Of a stretch of 64,000 nucleotides of DNA, positions 26,677-42,119 are shown one piece after another. The notes under the pieces were generated by a model that did not search any database, was not told the origin of the DNA, and was given only the letters and a program-made list of their open reading frames with translations. Source of the stretch: Auanema rhodensis (Eukaryota > Animalia > Nematoda); the NCBI GenBank assembly GCA_964057225.1, contig OZ059897.1, positions 21,204,001-21,268,000 of the forward strand, written 5' to 3'. The position numbers and the translations under genes are program-made. Within the stretch, counting starts at the first letter, position 1. Each line of letters starts with the position of its first letter.

Positions 26677-28431
26677 ACTATACTACATTGAGAAACGCTT
26701 GATACAAAAATTAGTTATGATCGTTTGAAAAATGATGCATTAGTGTACGTTGAGTTTCCATGTACACTCAATATTGCTTCCAAAAACATTTTGACAAAAA
26801 TTTTTTCGAAAAATTTCAAAATAATTTAGCAAAAAGTAGATGTTTTTAGATTCCTTTTTTCAAAGCAAAGACGATAGACAATGTTATTCAACGAAAAAAT
26901 TAATTCTTCAGGGTGAAAATCGAGGATATAAGTGTAAACTTATATCAGTTGATATCTCGGTGCATTTTTAAGCTAGCGCAAATCTGATAACACAGATCGA
27001 CGCAGCTTAAAAATCCGCATCGAATGCACTATACTAAATTGAGAAACGCTTGATACAAAAATTAGTTATGATCGTTTGAAAAATGATGCATTAGTGTATG
27101 TTGAGTTTCCATGTACACTCAACATTGCTTCCAAAAACATTTTGACAAAAATTTTTTCGAAAAATTTCAAAATAATTTAGCAAAAAGTAGATGTTTTTAG
27201 ATTCCATTTTTCAAGGCAAAGACGATAGACAATGTTATTCAACGAAAAAATTAATTCTTCAGGGTGAAAATCGAGGATATAAGTGTGAACTTATATCAGT
27301 TGATATCTCGGTGCATTTTTAAGCTAGCGCAAATCTGATAACACAGATCGACGCAGCTTAAAAATCCGCATCGAATGCACTATACTACATTAAGAAACGC
27401 TTAATACAAAAATTAGTTATGATCGTTTGAAAAATGATGCATTAGTGTATGTTGAGTTTCCATGTACACTCAACATTGCTTCCAAAAACATTTTGACAAA
27501 AATTTTTTCGAAAAATTTCAAAATAATTTAGCAAAAAGTAGATGTTTTTAGATTCCATTTTTCAAGGCAAAGACGATAGACAATGTTATTCAACGAAAAA
27601 ATTAATTCTTCAGGGTGAAAATCGAGGATATAAGTGTGAAGTGATATCAGTTGATATCTCGGTGCATTTTCAAGCTAGCGCAAATCTGATAACACAGATC
27701 GACGCAGCTTAAAAATCCGCATCGAATGCACTATACTACATTGAGAAACGCTTGATACAAAAATTAGTTATGATCGTTTGAAAAATGATGCATTAGTGTA
27801 TGTTGAGTTTCCATGTACACTCAACATTGCTTCCAAAAACATTTTGACAAAAATTTTTTCGAAAAATTTCAAAATAATTTAGCAAAAAGTAGATGTTTTT
27901 AGATTCCATTTTTCAAGGCAAAGACGATAGACAATGTTATTCAACGAAAAAATTAATTCTTCAGGGTGAAAATCGAGGATATAAGTGTGAACTGATATCA
28001 GTTGATATCTCGGTGCATTTTCAAGCTAGCGCAAATCTGATAACACAGATCGACGCAGCTTAAAAATCCGCATCGAATGCACTATACTACATTGAGAAAC
28101 GCTTGATACAAAAATTAGTTATGATCGTTTGAAAAATGATGCATTAGTGTATGTTGAGTTTCCATGTACACTCAACATTGCTTCCAAAAACATTTTGACA
28201 AAAATTTTTTCGAAAAATTTCAGAATAATTTAGCAAAAAGTAGATGTTTTTAGATTTCATTTTTCAAGGCAAAGACGATAGACAATGTTATTCAACGAAA
28301 AAATTAATTCTTCAGGGTGAAAATCGAGGATATAAGTGTGAACTTATATCAGTTGATATCTCGGTGCATTTTTAAGCTGGCGCAAATCTGATAACACAGA
28401 TCGACGCAGCTTAAAAATCCGCATCGAATGC

Positions 28432-29835
28432 ACTATACTACATTGAGAAACGCTTGATACAAAAATTAGTTATGATCGTTTGAAAAATGATGCATTAGTG
28501 TACGTTGAGTTTCCATGTACACTCAATATTGCTTCCAAAAACATTTTGACAAAAATTTTTTCGAAAAATTTCAAAATAATTTAGCAAAAAGTAGATGTTT
28601 TTAGATTTCTTTTTTCAAAGCAAAGACGATAGACAATGTTATTCAACGAAAAAATTAATTCTTCAGGGTGAAAATCGAAGATATAAGTGTAAACTTATAT
28701 CAGTTGATATCTCGGTGCATTTTTAAGCTAGCGCAAATCTGATAACACAGATCGACGCAGCTTAAAAATCCGCATCGAATGCACTATACTAAATTGAGAA
28801 ACGCTTGATACAAAAATTAGTTATGATCGTTTGAAAAATGATGCATTAGTGTATGTTGAGTTTCCATGTACACTCAACATTGCTTCCAAAAACATTTTGA
28901 CAAAAATTTTTTCGAAAAATTTCAAAATAATTTAGCAAAAAGTAGATGTTTTTAGATTCCATTTTTCAAGGCAAAGACGATAGACAATGTTATTCAACGA
29001 AAAAATTAATTCTTCAGGGTGAAAATCGAGGATATAAGTGTGAACTTATATCAGTTGATATCTCGGTGCATTTTTAAGCTGGCGCAAATCTGATAACACA
29101 GATCGACGCAGCTTAAAAATCCGCATCGAATGCACTATACTACATTGAGAAACGCTTGATACAAAAATTAGTTATGATCGTTTGAAAAATGATGCATTAG
29201 TGTACGTTGAGTTTCCATGTACACTCAATATTGCTTCCAAAAACATTTTGACAAAAATTTTTTCGAAAAATTTCAAAATAATTTAGCAAAAAGTAGATGT
29301 TTTTAGATTTCTTTTTTCAAAGCAAAGACGATAGACAATGTTATTCAACGAAAAAATTAATTCTTCAGGGTGAAAATCGAAGATATAAGTGTAAACTTAT
29401 ATCAGTTGATATCTCGGTGCATTTTTAAGCTAGCGCAAATCTGATAACACAGATCGACGCAGCTTAAAAATCCGCATCGAATGCACTATACTAAATTGAG
29501 AAACGCTTGATACAAAAATTAGTTATGATCGTTTGAAAAATGATGCATTAGTGTATGTTGAGTTTCCATGTACACTCAACATTGCTTCCAAAAACATTTT
29601 GACAAAAATTTTTTCGAAAAATTTCAAAATAATTTAGCAAAAAGTAGATGTTTTTAGATTCCATTTTTCAAGGCAAAGACGATAGACAATGTTATTCAAC
29701 GAAAAAATTAATTCTTCAGGGTGAAAATCGAGGATATAAGTGTGAACTTATATCAGTTGATATCTCGGTGCATTTTTAAGCTAGCGCAAATCTGATAACA
29801 CAGATCGACGCAGCTTAAAAATCCGCATCGAATGC
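28432..29835. repeat. 2-monomer (702 bp) duplication
   Basis: Private marker ATCGAAGAT at 28679 and 29381, each in a monomer that also carries GATTTCTTTT. Confidence 0.88.
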
Positions 29836-31590
29836 ACTATACTACATTAAGAAACGCTTAATACAAAAATTAGTTATGATCGTTTGAAAAATGATGCATT
29901 AGTGTATGTTGAGTTTCCATGTACACTCAACATTGCTTCCAAAAACATTTTGACAAAAATTTTTTCGAAAAATTTCAAAATAATTTAGCAAAAAGTAGAT
30001 GTTTTTAGATTCCATTTTTCAAGGCAAAGACGATAGACAATGTTATTCAACGAAAAAATTAATTCTTCAGGGTGAAAATCGAGGATATAAGTGTGAAGTG
30101 ATATCAGTTGATATCTCGGTGCATTTTCAAGCTAGCGCAAATCTGATAACACAGATCGACGCAGCTTAAAAATCCGCATCGAATGCACTATACTACATTG
30201 AGAAACGCTTGATACAAAAATTAGTTATGATCGTTTGAAAAATGATGCATTAGTGTATGTTGAGTTTCCATGTACACTCAACATTGCTTCCAAAAACATT
30301 TTGACAAAAATTTTTTCGAAAAATTTCAAAATAATTTAGCAAAAAGTAGATGTTTTTAGATTCCATTTTTCAAGGCAAAGACGATAGACAATGTTATTCA
30401 ACGAAAAAATTAATTCTTCAGGGTGAAAATCGAGGATATAAGTGTGAACTGATATCAGTTGATATCTCGGTGCATTTTCAAGCTAGCGCAAATCTGATAA
30501 CACAGATCGACGCAGCTTAAAAATCCGCATCGAATGCACTATACTACATTGAGAAACGCTTGATACAAAAATTAGTTATGATCGTTTGAAAAATGATGCA
30601 TTAGTGTACGTTGAGTTTCCATGTACACTCAATATTGCTTCCAAAAACATTTTGACAAAAATTTTTTCGAAAAATTTCAAAATAATTTAGCAAAAAGTAG
30701 ATGTTTTTAGATTCCTTTTTTCAAAGCAAAGACGATAGACAATGTTATTCAACGAAAAAATTAATTCTTCAGGGTGAAAATCGAGGATATAAGTGTAAAC
30801 TTATATCAGTTGATATCTCGGTGCATTTTTAAGCTAGCGCAAATCTGATAACACAGATCGACGCAGCTTAAAAATCCGCATCGAATGCACTATACTAAAT
30901 TGAGAAACGCTTGATACAAAAATTAGTTATGATGGTTTGAAAAATGATGCATTAGTGTATGTTGAGTTTCCATGTACACTCAACATTGCTTCCAAAAACA
31001 TTTTGACAAAAATTTTTTCGAAAAATTTCAAAATAATTTAGCAAAAAGTAGATGTTTTTAGATTCCATTTTTCAAGGCAAAGACGATAGACAATGTTATT
31101 CAACGAAAAAATTAATTCTTCAGGGTGAAAATCGAGGATATAAGTGTGAACTTATATCAGTTGATATCTCGGTGCATTTTTAAGCTAGCGCAAATCTGAT
31201 AACACAGATCGACGCAGCTTAAAAATCCGCATCGAATGCACTATACTACATTAAGAAACGCTTAATACAAAAATTAGTTATGATCGTTTGAAAAATGATG
31301 CATTAGTGTATGTTGAGTTTCCATGTACACTCAACATTGCTTCCAAAAACATTTTGACAAAAATTTTTTCGAAAAATTTCAAAATAATTTAGCAAAAAGT
31401 AGATGTTTTTAGATTCCATTTTTCAAGGCAAAGACGATAGACAATGTTATTCAACGAAAAAATTAATTCTTCAGGGTGAAAATCGAGGATATAAGTGTGA
31501 AGTGATATCAGTTGATATCTCGGTGCATTTTCAAGCTAGCGCAAATCTGATAACACAGATCGACGCAGCTTAAAAATCCGCATCGAATGC

Positions 31591-34500
31591 ACTATACTAC
31601 ATTGAGAAACGCTTGATACAAAAATTAGTTATGATCGTTTGAAAAATGATGCATTAGTGTACGTTGAGTTTCCATGTACACTCAATATTGCTTCCCAAAA
31701 CATTTTGACAAAAATTTTTTCGAAAAATTTCAAAATAATTTAGCAAAAAGTAGATGTTTTTAGATTCCATTTTTCAAGGCAAAGACGATAGACAATGTTA
31801 TTCAACGAAAAAATTAATTCTTCAGGGTGAAAATCGAGGATATAAGTGTGAAGTGATATCAGTTGATATCTCGGTGCATTTTCAAGCTAGCGCAAATCTG
31901 ATAACACAGATCGACGCAGCTTAAAAATCCGCATCGAATGCACTATACTACATTGAGAAACGCTTGATACAAAAATTAGTTATGATCGTTTGAAAAATGA
32001 TGCATTAGTGTATGTTGAGTTTCCATGTACACTCAACATTGCTTCCAAAAACATTTTGACAAAAATTTTTTCGAAAAATTTCAAAATAATTTAGCAAAAA
32101 GTAGATGTTTTTAGATTCCATTTTTCAAGGCAAAGACGATAGACAATGTTATTCAACGAAAAAATTAATTCTTCAGGGTGAAAATCGAGGATATAAGTGT
32201 GAACTTATATCAGTTGATATCTCGGTGCATTTTTAAGCTAGCGCAAATCTGATAACACAGATCGACGCAGCTTAAAAATCCGCATCGAATGCACTATACT
32301 ACATTAAGAAACGCTTAATACAAAAATTAGTTATGATCGTTTGAAAAATGATGCATTAGTGTATGTTGAGTTTCCATGTACACTCAACATTGCTTCCAAA
32401 AACATTTTGACAAAAATTTTTTCGAAAAATTTCAAAATAATTTAGCAAAAAGTAGATGTTTTTAGATTCCATTTTTCAAGGCAAAGACGATAGACAATTT
32501 TATTCAACGAAAAAATTAATTCTTCAGGGTGAAAATCGAGGATATAAGTGTGAAGTGATATCAGTTGATATCTCGGTGCATTTTCAAGCTAGCGCAAATC
32601 TGATAACACAGATCGACGCAGCTTAAAAATCCGCATCGAATGCACTATACTACATTGAGAAACGCTTGATACAAAAATTAGTTATGATCGTTTGAAAAAT
32701 GATGCATTAGTGTATGTTGAGTTTCCATGTACACTCAACATTGCTTCCAAAAACATTTTGACAAAAATTTTTTCGAAAAATTTCAAAATAATTTAGCAAA
32801 AAGTAGATGTTTTTAGATTCCATTTTTCAAGGCAAAGACGATAGACAATGTTATTCAACGAAAAAATTAATTCTTCAGGGTGAAAATCGAGGATATAAGT
32901 GTGAACTGATATCAGTTGATATCTCGGTGCATTTTCAAGCTAGCGCAAATCTGATAACACAGATCGACGCAGCTTAAAAATCCGCATCGAATGCACTATA
33001 CTACATTGAGAAACGCTTGATACAAAAATTAGTTATGATCGTTTGAAAAATGATGCATTAGTGTATGTTGAGTTTCCATGTACACTCAACATTGCTTCCA
33101 AAAACATTTTGACAAAAATTTTTTCGAAAAATTTCAAAATAATTTAGCAAAAAGTAGATGTTTTTAGATTCCATTTTTCAAGGCAAAGACGATAGACAAT
33201 GTTATTCAACGAAAAAATTAATTCTTCAGGGTGAAAATCGAGGATATAAGTGTGAACTGATATCAGTTGATATCTCGGTGCATTTTCAAGCTAGCGCAAA
33301 TCTGATAACACAGATCGACGCAGCTTAAAAATCCGCATCGAATGCACTATACTACATTGAGAAACGCTTGATACAAAAATTAGTTATGATCGTTTGAAAA
33401 ATGATGCATTAGTGTATGTTGAGTTTCCATGTACACTCAACATTGCTTCCAAAAACATTTTGACAAAAATTTTTTCGAAAAATTTCAGAATAATTTAGCA
33501 AAAAGTAGATGTTTTTAGATTTCATTTTTCAAGGCAAAGACGATAGACAATGTTATTCAACGAAAAAATTAATTCTTCAGGGTGAAAATCGAGGATATAA
33601 GTGTGAACTTATATCAGTTGATATCTCGGTGCATTTTTAAGCTGGCGCAAATCTGATAACACAGATCGACGCAGCTTAAAAATCCGCATCGAATGCACTA
33701 TACTACATTGAGAAACGCTTGATACAAAAATTAGTTATGATCGTTTGAAAAATGATGCATTAGTGTACGTTGAGTTTCCATGTACACTCAATATTGCTTC
33801 CCAAAACATTTTGACAAAAAGTTTTTCGAAAAATTTCAAAATAATTTAGCAAAAAGTAGATGTTTTTAGATTCCATTTTTCAAGGCAAAGACGATAGACA
33901 ATGTTATTCAACGAAAAAATTAATTCTTCAGGGTGAAAATCGAGGATATAAGTGTGAAGTGATATCAGTTGATATCTCGGTGCATTTTCAAGCTAGCGCA
34001 AATCTGATAACACAGATCGACGCAGCTTAAAAATCCGCATCGAATGCACTATACTACATTGAGAAACGCTTGATACAAAAATTAGTTATGATCGTTTGAA
34101 AAATGATGCATTAGTGTATGTTGAGTTTCCATGTACACTCAACATTGCTTCCAAAAACATTTTGACAAAAATTTTTTCGAAAAATTTCAAAATAATTTAG
34201 CAAAAAGTAGATGTTTTTAGATTCCATTTTTCAAGGCAAAGACGATAGACAATGTTATTCAACGAAAAAATTAATTCTTCAGGGTGAAAATCGAGGATAT
34301 AAGTGTGAACTTATATCAGTTGATATCTCGGTGCATTTTTAAGCTAGCGCAAATCTGATAACACAGATCGACGCAGCTTAAAAATCCGCATCGAATGCAC
34401 TATACTACATTAAGAAACGCTTAATACAAAAATTAGTTATGATCGTTTGAAAAATGATGCATTAGTGTATGTTGAGTTTCCATGTACACTCAACATTGCT

Positions 34501-36153
34501 TCCAAAAACATTTTGACAAAAATTTTTTCGAAAAATTTCAAAATAATTTAGCAAAAAGTAGATGTTTTTAGATTCCATTTTTCAAGGCAAAGACGATAGA
34601 CAATGTTATTCAACGAAAAAATTAATTCTTCAGGGTGAAAATCGAGGATATAAGTGTGAAGTGATATCAGTTGATATCTCGGTGCATTTTCAAGCTAGCG
34701 CAAATCTGATAACACAGATCGACGCAGCTTAAAAATCCGCATCGAATGCACTATACTACATTGAGAAACGCTTGATACAAAAATTAGTTATGATCGTTTG
34801 AAAAATGATGCATTAGTGTATGTTGAGTTTCCATGTACACTCAACATTGCTTCCAAAAACATTTTGACAAAAATTTTTTCGAAAAATTTCAAAATAATTT
34901 AGCAAAAAGTAGATGTTTTTAGATTCCATTTTTCAAGGCAAAGACGATAGACAATGTTATTCAACGAAAAAATTAATTCTTCAGGGTGAAAATCGAGGAT
35001 ATAAGTGTGAACTGATATCAGTTGATATCTCGGTGCATTTTCAAGCTAGCGCAAATCTGATAACACAGATCGACGCAGCTTAAAAATCCGCATCGAATGC
35101 ACTATACTACATTGAGAAACGCTTGATACAAAAATTAGTTATGATCGTTTGAAAAATGATGCATTAGTGTATGTTGAGTTTCCATGTACACTCAACATTG
35201 CTTCCAAAAACATTTTGACAAAAATTTTTTCGAAAAATTTCAAAATAATTTAGCAAAAAGTAGATGTTTTTAGATTCCATTTTTCAAGGCAAAGACGATA
35301 GACAATGTTATTCAACGAAAAAATTAATTCTTCAGGGTGAAAATCGAGGATATAAGTGTGAACTGATATCAGTTGATATCTCGGTGCATTTTCAAGCTAG
35401 CGCAAATCTGATAACACAGATCGACGCAGCTTAAAAATCCGCATCGAATGCACTATACTACATTGAGAAACGCTTGATACAAAAATTAGTTATGATCGTT
35501 TGAAAATTGATGCATTAGTGTATGTTGAGTTTCCATGTACACTCAACATTGCTTCCAAAAACATTTTGACAAAAATTTTTTCGAAAAATTTCAGAATAAT
35601 TTAGCAAAAAGTAGATGTTTTTAGATTTCATTTTTCAAGGCAAAGACGATAGACAATGTTATTCAACGAAAAAATTAATTCTTCAGGGTGAAAATCGAGG
35701 ATATAAGTGTGAACTTATATCAGTTGATATCTCGGTGCATTTTTAAGCTGGCGCAAATCTGATAACACAGATCGACGCAGCTTAAAAATCCGCATCGAAT
35801 GCACTATACTACATTGAGAAACGCTTGATACAAAAATTAGTTATGATCGTTTGAAAAATGATGCATTAGTGTACGTTGAGTTTCCATGTACACTCAATAT
35901 TGCTTCCCAAAACATTTTGACAAAAATTTTTTCGAAAAATTTCAAAATAATTTAGCAAAAAGTAGATGTTTTTAGATTCCATTTTTCAAGGCAAAGACGA
36001 TAGACAATGTTATTCAACGAAAAAATTAATTCTTCAGGGTGAAAATCGAGGATATAAGTGTGAACTTATATCAGTTGATATCTCGGTGCATTTTTAAGCT
36101 AGCGCAAATCTGATAACACAGATCGACGCAGCTTAAAAATCCGCATCGAATGC
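31591..36153. repeat. Higher-order repeat: 6 monomers (2106 bp) x2 plus start of a third
   Basis: Private marker CTTCCCAAAA at 31696, 33802 and 35908 (2106 spacing). Confidence 0.88.
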
Positions 36154-37556
36154 ACTATACTACATTAAGAAACGCTTAATACAAAAATTAGTTATGATCG
36201 TTTGAAAAATGATGCATTAGTGTATGTTGAGTTTCCATGTACACTCAACATTGCTTCCAAAAACATTTTGACAAAAATTTTTTCGAAAAATTTCAAAATA
36301 ATTTAGCAAAAAGTAGATGTTTTTAGATTCCATTTTTCAAGGCAAAGACGATAGACAATGTTATTCAACGAAAAAATTAATTCTTCAGGGTGAAAATCGA
36401 GGATATAAGTGTGAAGTGATATCAGTTGATATCTCGGTGCATTTTCAAGCTAGCGCAAATCTGATAACACAAATCGACGCAGCTTAAAAATCCGCATCGA
36501 ATGCACTATACTACATTGAGAAACGCTTGATACAAAAATTAGTTATGATCGTTTGAAAAATGATGCATTAGTGTATGTTGAGTTTCCATGTACACTCAAC
36601 ATTGCTTCCAAAAACATTTTGACAAAAATTTTTTCGAAAAATTTCAAAATAATTTAGCAAAAAGTAGATGTTTTTAGATTCCATTTTTCAAGGCAAAGAC
36701 GATAGACAATGTTATTCAACGAAAAAATTAATTCTTCAGGGTGAAAATCGAGGATATAAGTGTGAACTGATATCAGTTGATATCTCGGTGCATTTTCAAG
36801 CTAGCGCAAATCTGATAACACAGATCGACGCAGCTTAAAAATCCGCATCGAATGCACTATACTACATTGAGAAACGCTTGATACAAAAATTAGTTATGAT
36901 CGTTTGAAAAATGATGCATTAGTGTATGTTGAGTTTCCATGTACACTCAACATTGCTTCCAAAAACATTTTGACAAAAATTTTTTCGAAAAATTTCAAAA
37001 TAATTTAGCAAAAAGTAGATGTTTTTAGATTCCATTTTTCAAGGCAAAGACGATAGACAATGTTATTCAACGAAAAAATTAATTCTTCAGGGTGAAAATC
37101 GAGGATATAAGTGTGAACTGATATCAGTTGATATCTCGGTGCATTTTCAAGCTAGCGCAAATCTGATAACACAGATCGACGCAGCTTAAAAATCCGCATC
37201 GAATGCACTATACTACATTGAGAAACGCTTGATACAAAAATTAGTTATGATCGTTTGAAAAATGATGCATTAGTGTATGTTGAGTTTCCATGTACACTCA
37301 ACATTGCTTCCAAAAACATTTTGACAAAATTTTTTCGAAAAATTTCGAAATAATTTAGCAAAAAGTAGATGTTTTTAGATTCCATTTTTCAAGGCAAAGA
37401 CGATAGACAATGTTATTCAACGAAAAAATTAATTCTTCAGGGTGAAAATCGAGGATATAAGTGTGAACCTATATCAGTTGATATCTCGGTGCATTTTTAA
37501 GCTAGCGCAAATCTGATAACACAGATCGACGCAGCTTAAAAATCCGCATCGAATGC

Positions 37557-40500
37557 ACTATACTACATTGAGAAACGCTTAATACAAAAATTAGTTATGA
37601 TCGTTTGAAAAATGATGCATTAGTGTATGTTGAGTTTCCATGTACACTCAACATTGCTTCCAAAAACATTTTGACAAAAATTTTTTCGAAAAATTTCAAA
37701 ATAATTTAGCAAAAAGTAGATGTTTTTAGATTTCATTTTTCAAGGCAAAGACGATAGACAATGTTATTCAACGAAAAAATTAATTCTTCAGGGTGAAAAT
37801 CGAGGATATAAGTGTGAACTGATATCAGTTGATATCTCGGTGCATTTTCAAGCTAGCGCAAATGTGATAACACAGATCGACGCAGCTTAAAAATCCGCAT
37901 CGAATGCACTATACTACATTGAGAAACGCTTGATACAAAAATTAGTTATGATCGTTCGAAAAATGATGCATTAGTGTATGTTGAGTTTCCATGTACACTC
38001 AACATTGCTTCCAAAAACATTTTGACAAAAATTTTTTCGAAAAATTTCAAAATAATTTAGCAAAAAGTAGATGTTTTTAGATTTCATTTTTCAAGGCAAA
38101 GACGATAGACAATGTTATTCAACGAAAAAATTAATTCTTCAGGGTGAAAATCGAGGATATAAGTGTGAACTTATATCAGTTGATATCTCGGTGCATTTTT
38201 AAGCTAGCGCAAATCTGATAACACAGATCGACGCAGCTTAAAAATCCGCATCGAATGCACTATACTACATTGAGAAACGCTTGATACAAAAATTAGTTAT
38301 GATCGTTTGAAAAATGATGCATTAGTGTACGTTGAGTTTCCATGTACACTCAATATTGCTTCCAAAAACATTTTGACAAAAATTTTTTCGAAAAATTTCA
38401 AAATAATTTAGCAAAAAGTAGATGTTTTTAGATTCCTTTTTTCAAGGCAAAGACGATAGACAATGTTATTCAACGAAAAAATTAATTCTTCAGGGTGAAA
38501 ATCGAGGATATAAGTGTGAACTTATATCAGTTGATATCTCGGTGCATTTTTAAGCTAGCGCAAATCTGATAACACAGATCGACGCAGCTTAAAAATCCGC
38601 ATCGAATGCACTATACTACATTAAGAAACGCTTAATACAAAAATTAGTTATGATCGTTTGAAAAATGATGCATTAGTGTATGTTGAGTTTCCATGTACAC
38701 TCAACATTGCTTCCAAAAACATTTTGACAAAAATTTTTTCGAAAAATTTCAAAATAATTTAGCAAAAAGTAGATGTTTTTAGATTTCATTTTTCAAGGCA
38801 AAGACGATAGACAATGTTATTCAACGAAAAAATTAATTCTTCAGGGTGAAAATCGAGGATATAAGTGTGAACTGATATCAGTTGATATCTCGGTGCATTT
38901 TCAAGCTAGCGCAAATGTGATAACACAGATCGACGCAGCTTAAAAATCCGCATCGAATGCACTATACTACATTGAGAAACGCTTGATACAAAAATTAGTT
39001 ATGATCGTTTGAAAAATGATGCATTAGTGTATGTTGAGTTTCCATGTACACTCAACATTGCTTCCAAAAACATTTTGACAAAAATTTTTTCGAAAAATTT
39101 CAAAATAATTTAGCAAAAAGTAGATGTTTTTAGATTCCTTTTTTCAAGGCAAAGACGATAGACAATGTTATTCAACGAAAAAATTAATTCTTCAGGGTGA
39201 AAATCGAGGATATAAGTGTGAACTGATATCAGTTGATATCTCGGTGCATTTTTAAGCTAGCGCAAATCTGATAACACAGATCGACGCAGCTTAAAAATCC
39301 GCATCGAATGCACTATACTACATTGAGAAACGCTTGATACAAAAATTAGTTATGATCGTTTGAAAAATGATGCATTAGTGTACGTTGAGTTTCCATGTAC
39401 ACTCAATATTGCTTCCAAAAACATTTTGACAAAAATTTTTTCGAAAAATTTCAAAATAATTTAGCAAAAAGTAGATGTTTTTAGATTCCTTTTTTCAAGG
39501 CAAAGACGATAGACAATGTTATTCAACGAAAAAATTAATTCTTCAGGGTGAAAATCGAGGATATAAGTGTGAACTTATATCAGTTGATATCTCGGTGCAT
39601 TTTTAAGCTAGCGCAAATCTGATAACACAGATCGACGCAGCTTAAAAATCCGCATCGAATGCACTATACTACATTAAGAAACGCTTAATACAAAAATTAG
39701 TTATGATCGTTTGAAAAATGATGCATTAGTGTATGTTGAGTTTCCATGTACACTCAACATTGCTTCCAAAAACATTTTGACAAAAATTTTTTCGAAAAAT
39801 TTCAAAATAATTTAGCAAAAAGTAGATGTTTTTAGATTTCATTTTTCAAGGCAAAGACGATAGACAATGTTATTCAACGAAAAAATTAATTCTTCAGGGT
39901 GAAAATCGAGGATATAAGTGTGAACTGATATCAGTTGATATCTCGGTGCATTTTCAAGCTAGCGCAAATGTGATAACACAGATCGACGCAGCTTAAAAAT
40001 CCGCATCGAATGCACTATACTACATTGAGAAACGCTTGATACAAAAATTAGTTATGATCGTTCGAAAAATGATGCATTAGTGTATGTTGAGTTTCCATGT
40101 ACACTCAACATTGCTTCCAAAAACATTTTGACAAAAATTTTTTCGAAAAATTTCAAAATAATTTAGCAAAAAGTAGATGTTTTTAGATTTTATTTTTCAA
40201 GGCAAAGACGATAGACAATGTTATTCAACGAAAAAATTAATTCTTCAGGGTGAAAATCGAGGATATAAGTGTGAACTTATATCAGTTGATATCTCGGTGC
40301 ATTTTTAAGCTAGCGCAAATCTGATAACACAGATCGACGCAGCTTAAAAATCCGCATCGAATGCACTATACTACATTGAGAAACGCTTGATACAAAAATT
40401 AGTTATGATCGTTTGAAAAATGATGCATTAGTGTACGTTGAGTTTCCATGTACACTCAATATTGCTTCCAAAAACATTTTGACAAAAATTTTTTCGAAAA

Positions 40501-42119
40501 ATTTCAAAATAATTTAGCAAAAAGTAGATGTTTTTAGATTCCTTTTTTCAAGGCAAAGACGATAGACAATGTTATTCAACGAAAAAATTAATTCTTCAGG
40601 GTGAAAATCGAGGATATAAGTGTGAACTTATATCAGTTGATATCTCGGTGCATTTTTAAGCTAGCGCAAATCTGATAACACAGATCGACGCAGCTTAAAA
40701 ATCCGCATCGAATGCACTATACTACATTAAGAAACGCTTAATACAAAAATTAGTTATGATCGTTTGAAAAATGATGCATTAGTGTATGTTGAGTTTCCAT
40801 GTACACTCAACATTGCTTCCAAAAACATTTTGACAAAAATTTTTTCGAAAAATTTCAAAATAATTTAGCAAAAAGTAGATGTTTTTAGATTTCATTTTTC
40901 AAGGCAAAGACGATAGACAATGTTATTCAACGAAAAAATTAATTCTTCAGGGTGAAAATCGAGGATATAAGTGTGAACTGATATCAGTTGATATCTCGGT
41001 GCATTTTCAAGCTAGCGCAAATGTGATAACACAGATCGACGCAGCTTAAAAATCCGCATCGAATGCACTATACTACATTGAGAAACGCTTGATACAAAAA
41101 TTAGTTATGATCGTTTGAAAAATGATGCATTAGTGTATGTTGAGTTTCCATGTACACTCAACATTGCTTCCAAAAACATTTTGACAAAAATTTTTTCGAA
41201 AAATTTCAAAATAATTTAGCAAAAAGTAGATGTTTTTAGATACCTTTTTTCAAGGCAAAGACGATAGACAATGTTATTCAACGAAAAAATTAATTCTTCA
41301 GGGTGAAAATCGAGGATATAAGTGTGAACTGATATCAGTTGATATCTCGGTGCATTTTTAAGCTAGCGCAAATCTGATAACACAGATCGACGCAGCTTAA
41401 AAATCCGCATCGAATGCACTATACTACATTGAGAAACGCTTGATACAAAAATTAGTTATGATCGTTTGAAAAATGATGCATTAGTGTACGTTGAGTTTCC
41501 ATGTACACTCAATATTGCTTCCAAAAACATTTTGACAAAAATTTTTTCGAAAAATTTCAAAATAATTTAGCAAAAAGTAGATGTTTTTAGATTCCTTTTT
41601 TCAAGGCAAAGACGATAGACAATGTTATTCAACGAAAAAATTAATTCTTCAGGGTGAAAATCGAGGATATAAGTGTGAACTTATATCAGTTGATATCTCG
41701 GTGCATTTTTAAGCTAGCGCAAATCTGATAACACAGATCGACGCAGCTTAAAAATCCGCATCGAATGCACTATACTACATTAAGAAACGCTTAATACAAA
41801 AATTAGTTATGATCGTTTGAAAAATGATGCATTAGTGTATGTTGAGTTTCCATGTACACTCAACATTGCTTCCAAAAACATTTTGACAAAAATTTTTTCG
41901 AAAAATTTCAAAATAATTTAGCAAAAAGTAGATGTTTTTAGATTTCATTTTTCAAGGCAAAGACGATAGACAATGTTATTCAACGAAAAAATTAATTCTT
42001 CAGGGTGAAAATCGAGGATATAAGTGTGAACTGATATCAGTTGATATCTCGGTGCATTTTCAAGCTAGCGCAAATGTGATAACACAGATCGACGCAGCTT
42101 AAAAATCCGCATCGAATGC
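37557..42119. repeat. 3-monomer (1053 bp) higher-order repeat nested in a 6-monomer period
   Basis: AAATGTGATA at 37864, 38917, 39970, 41023 and 42076 (1053 spacing). CGTTCGAAAA occurs here only at 37957 and 40063 (2106 spacing). Confidence 0.9.

Noticed and set aside
1-37325. Giant repetitive ORF (351 = 117 codons keeps frame across monomers)
   Set aside because: All six frames are closed in the monomer. Plus-strand stops lie at 13-15, 50-52 and 36-38. Minus-strand stops appear as CTA at 7-9, CTA at 2-4 and TTA/TCA at 39-41.
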